Shown in pieces: positions 58,313-64,000 of a stretch of DNA of 64,000 nucleotides (position 1 is its first letter; every line of letters begins with the position of its first letter). The notes under the pieces were generated by a model. It ran no database searches. It had not been told where the DNA came from and worked only from the letters and a program-made list of their open reading frames with translations. The stretch is from Deltaproteobacteria bacterium. Lineage in GTDB: Bacteria; Desulfobacterota; Syntrophia; Syntrophales; UBA8958. A program made the position numbers and the translations under genes. The DNA lies in the NCBI GenBank assembly GCA_029553375.1, contig JAKPCH010000069.1, positions 2,972 to 66,971 on the forward strand. The letters run 5' to 3'.

Positions 58313-59677
58313 ATGACCCGTCGTTGTCTCCTCGTCAATCCCTGGATCCACGATTTCGCGGCCTACGATTACTGGCTGAAGCCCCTGGGACTCCTCCAGC
58401 TGGGGGGGATCCTCAGGGCCCTGGGGGTGGAGGTGACACTCGTCGATTGTCTCAACCCCCGGCCCCAGGCGGGTCTTAAGGACCCCTTCGTCAAGGTCCC
58501 CCCCAGGAGGTGGGGGGGACACGGGAAGTTCCCGAGGACACCCGTGGCCGCCCCCTCACCTCTTAGGGGTCTCGGCCGCCCCTATGCCCGTTACGGGATC
58601 AGCCCCCTCTTCTTTCGTGAGCTCTTGCGGCGGGTACCGAGACCCGATGCCGTTTTCGTCACCTCTTCCATGACCTACTGGTACCCGGGGGTCCGGGAGG
58701 CCATCAGTGAGATCCGGGCCCATTTCGGCGGCGTCCCCGTCGTCCTCGGCGGCGTCTACGCGACCCTCTGCCCTGTCCACGCCCGTACCTGCGGTGCCGA
58801 TCTCGTCCTGCCGGGACCGGTGGAGGACCACCTGGACCTCCTGCTGGGAGAGGTCCTCGATTTACAAGTTTGCCTCCCCTTCGACCCCGCCGATCTCGAC
58901 GCCCTCCCCTACCCCGCCTGGGATCTTTTGGGGTATCCCGACCAGCTCCCCCTCCTCACCTCCCGGGGCTGTCCCTACGGCTGCACCTACTGCGCCTCGC
59001 GGCACCTCTATCCCTTCTTTCGGAGGAGAAATCCGGCGGGGGTCTTAAAAGAGATCCGCCACTGGGCCGAGAGACTCAAGGTCCGTCACTTCTCCGTCTA
59101 CGACGACGCCTTTCTCGTCGCCCCCGAGACGACGGCCCTCCCCCTCCTGGAAGAGATCAAAAACCTCCCCGATGGGCTTTTCTTCCATTGCCCCAACGGC
59201 CTCCATCTCCGTGAGATAACGCCGCAGATCGCCCGGGCCCTCCGGGAGGCGAACTTTGCGACCCTGCGCCTCGGTTTCGAGACGGCCGACCGCCGCCGCC
59301 AGAGAGACACGGGGGGCAAGGCCTCTTCCGAGGACCTCGCCCGGGCCGTGGCCTATCTCAGGGAAGCGGGTTACGACGGTAATGAGATCGGTGTTTACTG
59401 CCTCTGCGGTCTCCCGGGACAATCGGCGGCGGAGGTGAGGGAAACGATTGATCTCGTCCGTTCCCTGGGAGCGAGGCCCATCGTGGCCGAATACTCTCCC
59501 ATCCCCGGGACGACCCTCTGGGAAGAGGCCCTCGCCGCCTCGCCCTATCCCCTGGCCGAGGAACCCCTCTTCCAGAACAACACCCTCCTCCCCTGCCGCG
59601 GTCCGGACCTCACGGACGAAACCTACGCCGAACTCAAGAGACGGGCCCGTCAATCCCGTCATCCCGTCGGGGCGTAG
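58313..59677 (+). CDS. B12-binding-domain radical SAM protein
   Basis: 454 aa. The N-terminus resembles a cobalamin-binding domain (LLVNPW...LGLLQLGGILRALG). The radical SAM cluster motif is SRGCPYGCTYCAS. Confidence 0.85.
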   Translation: MTRRCLLVNPWIHDFAAYDYWLKPLGLLQLGGILRALGVEVTLVDCLNPRPQAGLKDPFVKVPPRRWGGHGKFPRTPVAAPSPLRGLGRPYARYGISPLFFRELLRRVPRPDAVFVTSSMTYWYPGVREAISEIRAHFGGVPVVLGGVYATLCPVHARTCGADLVLPGPVEDHLDLLLGEVLDLQVCLPFDPADLDALPYPAWDLLGYPDQLPLLTSRGCPYGCTYCASRHLYPFFRRRNPAGVLKEIRHWAERLKVRHFSVYDDAFLVAPETTALPLLEEIKNLPDGLFFHCPNGLHLREITPQIARALREANFATLRLGFETADRRRQRDTGGKASSEDLARAVAYLREAGYDGNEIGVYCLCGLPGQSAAEVRETIDLVRSLGARPIVAEYSPIPGTTLWEEALAASPYPLAEEPLFQNNTLLPCRGPDLTDETYAELKRRARQSRHPVGA

Positions 59678-59764
59678 GCGCGTCAAGCCGGATCGGTGCC
59701 TTTATAGGTATACCTGACAAAACGATGTCCCGGACGGTCTTATGCCTGAGGCGACCGAGGGGGG

Positions 59765-59784
59765 TATGCCGGAGCTCCGGCATA
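59765..59784. repeat. Perfect 20-nt palindrome
   Basis: TATGCCGGAGCTCCGGCATA, 88 nt downstream of the radical SAM stop. No U-tract follows. Confidence 0.6.
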
Positions 59785-60096
59785 GGTAAAGCATTTGATA
59801 TCATTGAGAATTCAGCGATCGACAAAAAATTTTACCCCTCGAAATTTTCTCCTCTTCCTGCCGGCAGGTTGGAAAATACCTTCAGGTTTACCTGTTATTG
59901 AATCGCCGGAACGGCGTTTCCGGCCTCCAAGAAACCACGAGCCGCCGCTGGCCCAGGGGCGGAGGAAAGAGACAAAAGGACGGACCACGTGGCGAACGTC
60001 CACAAAATTTGATAACGACCTCGGGCGTGCCCCCGGGCGGTCGCCTGTCGGACGGTGATTTCTCGAGGGGTGAAACCGCGTGCGGGAGGTTGAAAA

Positions 60097-60492
60097 ATGA
60101 GATTCAGGTTGCGTCTTGTCCCGGCGATATTCCTGTTTTTGATCCGCACCCTGGAGACCTTGAGGGACAAGGGGTTTTTCCCCGCCGCGGGCCTGCGTGT
60201 CACGGGGATGTACCAGACTACGAGGCGGCCAAACGATACGTGGCCGAAAAAGGCATCCCTTGGTTTACCTTTCACCCCGTCACGGCCCCTGTCGACGAAA
60301 AATCCCTCTTCCGCCCCCATGCCTGGAGTTCCGAATTCGCCGAGATAGTAAAAAACTCCGACGGGATCATCTTCTTCGGCGGTCCCGATCTCCTGCCGCC
60401 CTATACGGGTCGAAAACGAATCTCTTGACCGTTATCGAAGACCCCTATCGACATTTTTTTGAATCCTCGGCGATCTTTCACCTCCTGGGGGG
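60097..60492 (+). pseudogene. Frameshifted, truncated class I glutamine-amidotransferase-like (peptidase C26/PuuD-like) gene remnant
   Basis: GGGAGG precedes ATG 60097, which opens a signal-like MRFRLRLVPAIFLFLI in frame 1. Protein-like sequence then continues in frame 0 (DVPDYEAAKRYVAEKGIPWFTFHPV...SDGIIFFGGPDLLPP) and in frame 2 (LYGSKTNLLTVIEDPYRHFFESSAIFHLLGG). The frame switches are near the GGGG run at 60204-60207 and the CCC run near 60400. The catalytic half is absent. Confidence 0.4.
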
Positions 60493-60858
60493 CTGCCGGG
60501 ACGGCGGACAAGGGTGGCCAGGAAAAGATGCCGCCGAGACAGGCCACATCTCCCAGCCCCGCCAAGGCCCCTTTACCTTGAAGACACCATGCGAACAGAC
60601 GCACGAATCCCGCCCACTCCAACCCCGGCAAGGACCACAGGACCTCTGCGAGGAAGAGCAAGGCCAACAACGCGACGACGAGGACAAGGCCCAAGGCCCG
60701 GGCCGCCGGGGAAGAAAAATGCCCCATCGTTGTCGGCAGCGATGACACCATGACTATCACCCCCTTTTCCCCTCGGAATTGCAAGGGTCGGGCCACCGAT
60801 GTTCATGGCGTATTTAATAAGGATAGAGAGGGGGTTGGGCCAGAGGGCACCGGGAAAG

Positions 60859-60906
60859 GGATAAAAAATATCCGAGCGATCGAGACCGGATGTCTATTTT
60901 TTATCC
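60859..60906. repeat. 12-bp perfect AT-rich inverted repeat enclosing a nested 5-bp repeat
   Basis: GGATAAAAAATA (60859-60870) and TATTTTTTATCC (60895-60906). The interior contains ATCCG...CGGAT and a CGATCG palindrome. It lies 67 nt downstream of the nitronate-monooxygenase-like gene on the minus strand. Confidence 0.6.
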
Positions 60907-60972
60907 ATCCATGTCCCGCGGAAAGGATCATCCCTGAGGCGGCGCCTATGACAGGAGGGGCCGCCGTCATCG

Positions 60973-62010
60973 TCAGGCGAGCTTCCCGGCCAGGTCTTCC
61001 TGGACCAGCCTCGCCTCGGCGACGATCCGCTCCATGACCTCCTTTACCGTCGGCACGTCGCGGATCAGCCCCATGGACTGGCCGACGGGCAGGACCCCCG
61101 TCTCCGTGTCGCCCCTCTCCGTCGCCATCCGGATCTTTTTGAAGGCGTTGGCCAGATAGGCCATCCGGACGGCCGTCTGGGCCCCCGAGGCCAGAATGGC
61201 AAAAAAGACTTTGAAAAATGGCAGGTTGAGTTGTCTGGTGATCTCCCGGGAGTTGAAGAAGGCCGCCGGTATGTCGAGGCCGCGCCTGATGGCCCGCTCG
61301 GCCGCCTCCGTCTTCATGACCCGACACCATATCCCGTCGAAACGGCGGGAAAAAATCGTGTCCGTCACGTCCTTCTCCAGGGAGAGCCGCTTGTAGTTCT
61401 CGTGGAGGGGGCTTTCCCGGGTGGTCATGAAACGGGTACCCATGGCCACCCCGTCCGCCCCCAGGGCGAGGGCCGCCGCCAGGCCACGGCCGTCGGCGAT
61501 ACCGCCGGCGGCGATCACGGGGATCGAAAGGATATCCCGAAGGCTGGGGATAAGGACCATGGTCGTCACGGCATCGCCGTGTCCCGCCGCCTCGTTGCCC
61601 GTGGCGATGACGGCGTCGCAACCGTAATCCTGGGCCCTTCGGGCGTGGCGGGCGTTGACGACCGTGGCGATGACCTTGCCGCCGTACTCGTGGGCCCTCT
61701 TGACGATCCAGTCCCCCTTCCCCAGGGCGAAGTTGATGACGGGGACCCGCTCCTGGAGGAGGACCTCGGCGTTCTCCCGCGCCCCGGGGAACATGAGGGC
61801 GCAGTTGGCCCCGAAGGGCTTGTCCGTCAAGGCCCGCACCTCCCTCACGGCCGCCCTGGTCTCCTGTACGCTCAGGGGACCCGTGGCCAGGATCCCCAAC
61901 CCCCCCGCCTCGGAGACGGCCGCCACCATCCTGGGCACGCTGATCCAGCTCATCCCCGAGCAGATGATGGGATACTCGATACCGAAGATTTCCGTGATCC
62001 TTGTCTTCAT
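60973..62010 (-). CDS. NAD(P)H-dependent flavin oxidoreductase, nitronate monooxygenase (NPD) / FabK-like family
   Basis: 345 aa with motifs IEYPIICSGMSWIS, GGLGILA, GNEAGGH-like GNEAAGHG and AAGGIADGRG. Confidence 0.85.
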   Translation of the reverse strand: MKTRITEIFGIEYPIICSGMSWISVPRMVAAVSEAGGLGILATGPLSVQETRAAVREVRALTDKPFGANCALMFPGARENAEVLLQERVPVINFALGKGDWIVKRAHEYGGKVIATVVNARHARRAQDYGCDAVIATGNEAAGHGDAVTTMVLIPSLRDILSIPVIAAGGIADGRGLAAALALGADGVAMGTRFMTTRESPLHENYKRLSLEKDVTDTIFSRRFDGIWCRVMKTEAAERAIRRGLDIPAAFFNSREITRQLNLPFFKVFFAILASGAQTAVRMAYLANAFKKIRMATERGDTETGVLPVGQSMGLIRDVPTVKEVMERIVAEARLVQEDLAGKLA

Positions 62011-62032
62011 CTCTCTCCCCGCTGCCTTTTCG

Positions 62033-63208
62033 TCAGAAACACCCGCGGCCGCCGGCGGCCGCCTCCAGGTCCCTGAGGACCTCGAGCTTCTTGATCACCC
62101 CCGCCAGGACGCGGGCCGCCTTGTCCATCTCCTCCCCCGTGTTCCCCCAGCCGACACTGAGGCGGATCGTCCCCATAGCGTCTCGGGAGGGTATCCCGAG
62201 GGCCGCCAGGACATGGGAGATCTCCGTCCGGCCCGACGTGCACGCCGACCCCGCCGAGACGGCGATCCCCTCTTGATCGAGGGCGGAGACGATCTCCTGG
62301 GCCTTGAGACCGCCGAAGGACAGGCTCAGGACGTGGGGGAGACCCCCGACGGGATCGCCGTTGACGGAGACACCCGCGTATTCCTCGCGGACCCGTCTCA
62401 GGAGGTGATCCCGCAGGGCCCTCAGCTCCCCTGAGCGCTGCGCCAGCTCTTGCCGCGCCAGGTCACAGGCCCGCCCGAAGCCGACGATGGCCGCCACGTT
62501 CTCCGTCCCGCCACGGACCCCACCCTCCTGGTGACCGCCCGTGATGAGGGGTGAGATCTCCACCCCCCGGCGTATATAGAGGGCCCCCACGCCCTTCGGG
62601 CCGTTGATCTTGTGGGCCGAGAGGGACAGGAGGTCCACGTTGAGGGCGCCGACGTCGACGACGACCTTGCCGGCCGTCTGCACGGCGTCGGTGTGGAAGA
62701 GGATCCCCCGCCCCCGGAGGACCGCCCCGATCTCCGCCACGGGCTGGACCGTCCCGATCTCGTTGTTGCCGTGCATGACGCTGACCAGGACGGTGTCATC
62801 CCTCAGGGCCGCGACGACACTGGCGGCGGAGACGGAACCACGGGCGTCCACGGGGAGATAGGTAACGGCCAGACCGGTCTTCTCGAGGCCCCTTAGGGTA
62901 TTGAGAACGGCGTGGTGCTCGATGGCGGTGGTCACGACATGTCCCCCCCTCGAGCCCCGGGCGGCGACGGTGCCGCGGATCGCCAGGTTGTCCGCCTCCG
63001 TTCCGCCGCTCGTGAAGACGATCTCGTCCGGGGCGGCGCCGATGAGGGCGGCTACCTTTTCCCGCGCCGCCTCGACGGCCTCCCGGGCGGCACGTCCCCA
63101 GGCGTGGGCGCTCGAGGGGTTTCCGAAGCGATCCCGGAGGTAGGGGACCATGGCCTCCCAGACCTCAGGACGCAGGGGCGTGGTGGCGCAGTGGTCCAGA
63201 TAGATCAT
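62033..63208 (-). CDS. Cysteine desulfurase, NifS/IscS class
   Basis: ORF 62033..63274 trimmed to ATG 63208 (MIYLDHCATTP). The PLP-lysine motif is SAHKINGPKG and the catalytic Cys loop is SAGSACTSG. There is an ATGA overlap with the upstream stop. Confidence 0.9.
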   Translation of the reverse strand: MIYLDHCATTPLRPEVWEAMVPYLRDRFGNPSSAHAWGRAAREAVEAAREKVAALIGAAPDEIVFTSGGTEADNLAIRGTVAARGSRGGHVVTTAIEHHAVLNTLRGLEKTGLAVTYLPVDARGSVSAASVVAALRDDTVLVSVMHGNNEIGTVQPVAEIGAVLRGRGILFHTDAVQTAGKVVVDVGALNVDLLSLSAHKINGPKGVGALYIRRGVEISPLITGGHQEGGVRGGTENVAAIVGFGRACDLARQELAQRSGELRALRDHLLRRVREEYAGVSVNGDPVGGLPHVLSLSFGGLKAQEIVSALDQEGIAVSAGSACTSGRTEISHVLAALGIPSRDAMGTIRLSVGWGNTGEEMDKAARVLAGVIKKLEVLRDLEAAAGGRGCF

Positions 63209-64000
63209 CCCTCTCCCAGGGCCAGACGGCAGAGGTCGGTGATCATGTAGGTCTTGAGGCCCGCCTCCTGACACCTCCCGCCGATGGCGTCAAGACACAT
63301 GGGGCAGAGGAAGACCATGGCCTCGGCCCCCGCCGCCGCGGCGTCGCGGACGTTCTCCTCCTGGTAGGCGGGGAATTTGTCACCCCGCCGGGCGAGTCCC
63401 TTCAGGTCCTGACCGCAGCACAGGGCGTTTTCCCCGTCGTAGGTCCTCTTGACCCTCGTCACCCCCAGGAGGCGGAAGATCTCGTCGAGGAAGGGTTCTT
63501 TCCATGGCGTGAGGCGGGAGGCACAGGGCCGCTGGTAAGCGACGGCCATGTCCAGGGGCCGGATCCGGTCCCTCAACTCCCCCAGGCGGTCCCTCAGGTG
63601 TTCGAAGATGTGGACGGGCCGGAAGGGGAGCTCGACGCCGTACTGGGGCGCGATCCCCGCCATGAGGGCGTAGCAGTCGTCGTGGAGAAAAACGATCTCG
63701 TCCCGGCCCAGGGAGGCGTAGCGCTCCACGAGGGGGCCAAGCCCCTCCCGCATGGGCCTTTCGTCCCCGAGATGGGGGAAGATGACGTTACAGAAGAAGT
63801 GTCTACCCTTGACGACCGTCATCCCCTCGAAGAGGGCACCGCCGATCTTGCGGGGCAGATTGCCCTCGATGGTGCACAGGGACAGGACCGGGCCATCGAT
63901 AGGGGGGGCCTGGAAGGCGTCCCGGGGGGTGAAGCGTTCCAAAAGGAGGGAGACGATCTTAGGGGGAACGAAATCCCCCCGTCTCTGGAGGTGGGCGAGG
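63205..64000 (-). CDS. CCG-domain (HdrB/GlpC/LldE-like) Fe-S protein, 5' end outside window
   Basis: The ORF track starts it at TTG 63942, but the frame stays open to the window edge (my translation upstream reads LAHLQRRGDFVPPKIVSLL). Cys-rich motifs ALCCGQD and FLCPMCLD are present. Confidence 0.7.
   Translation of the reverse strand, partial: LAHLQRRGDFVPPKIVSLLLERFTPRDAFQAPPIDGPVLSLCTIEGNLPRKIGGALFEGMTVVKGRHFFCNVIFPHLGDERPMREGLGPLVERYASLGRDEIVFLHDDCYALMAGIAPQYGVELPFRPVHIFEHLRDRLGELRDRIRPLDMAVAYQRPCASRLTPWKEPFLDEIFRLLGVTRVKRTYDGENALCCGQDLKGLARRGDKFPAYQEENVRDAAAAGAEAMVFLCPMCLDAIGGRCQEAGLKTYMITDLCRLALGEG

Noticed and set aside
60401-60796. 131-aa minus-strand ORF with a hydrophobic stretch (ALGLVLVVALLALLFLAEVLW)
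   Set aside because: It overlaps the amidotransferase-like remnant, has no convincing SD or start and matches no family. It might be real, but I cannot support it; it is mentioned under the eroded-locus finding.

Overview
This is a visibly GC-rich bacterial chromosomal segment (GC not computed), densely packed with about 50 protein genes in tightly coupled operons with many ATGA/GTGA stop-start overlaps. I found no rRNA, tRNA, CRISPR array, transposase or integrase. All family calls rest on motif recognition by eye; no BLAST, HMM search or RNA folding was run.

Gene content hints at an anaerobic, syntroph-like Deltaproteobacteria/Thermodesulfobacteriota organism. The relevant genes are an HMGL-type (Re-)citrate/homocitrate-synthase-like enzyme, a 2-hydroxyacyl-CoA dehydratase with its ATPase activator, indolepyruvate:ferredoxin oxidoreductase, an HdrB-like CCG protein and sigma54 regulators. 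This placement is inference only.

Housekeeping genes: adk, a UvrD-like helicase, aspS, hisS, comEC, recJ, rpmB, pfkA, purN, purM, recG, hom, iorAB, a cbpA-like gene, dnaE, guaB, dtd and a NifS-type cysteine desulfurase.

Non-routine content:
1. A candidate phenylalanine-type leader-peptide attenuator lies directly in front of a Liv-type ABC transporter operon. It consists of a 22-codon mini-ORF carrying FYFFSF, followed by two tandem intrinsic terminators that abut the RBS.
2. That transporter has an acyl-CoA synthetase gene embedded in it. It sits just downstream of a CoA-ligase + 2-hydroxyacyl-CoA dehydratase + activator + PilS/PilR-like sigma54 two-component block.
3. An HMGL-family synthase is fused to a Cache-like domain. 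It is preceded by a roughly 200-nt leader whose terminator also abuts the RBS.
4. A MerR-HTH protein is fused to a catalytically degenerate class III cyclase-like domain. It is divergent from a B12-binding radical SAM gene. Dyads of the form TATAC-N-GTATA sit inside the promoter spacers, and one spacer is 19 bp, as in MerR-type promoters.
5. A tightly coupled minus-strand operon of unknown function encodes an MBL hydrolase, a QueG-like Fe-S protein, a PaaI thioesterase, a 715-aa EF-hand membrane protein and an orphan Lpd. It runs into a TonB-receptor/YfiR-like/CHASE8-sensor module.
6. An eroded, lower-GC patch at 59.7-61.0 kb holds a frameshifted amidotransferase-like pseudogene and conspicuous palindromes.

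The very long ORFs antisense to real genes are GC-driven artefacts.
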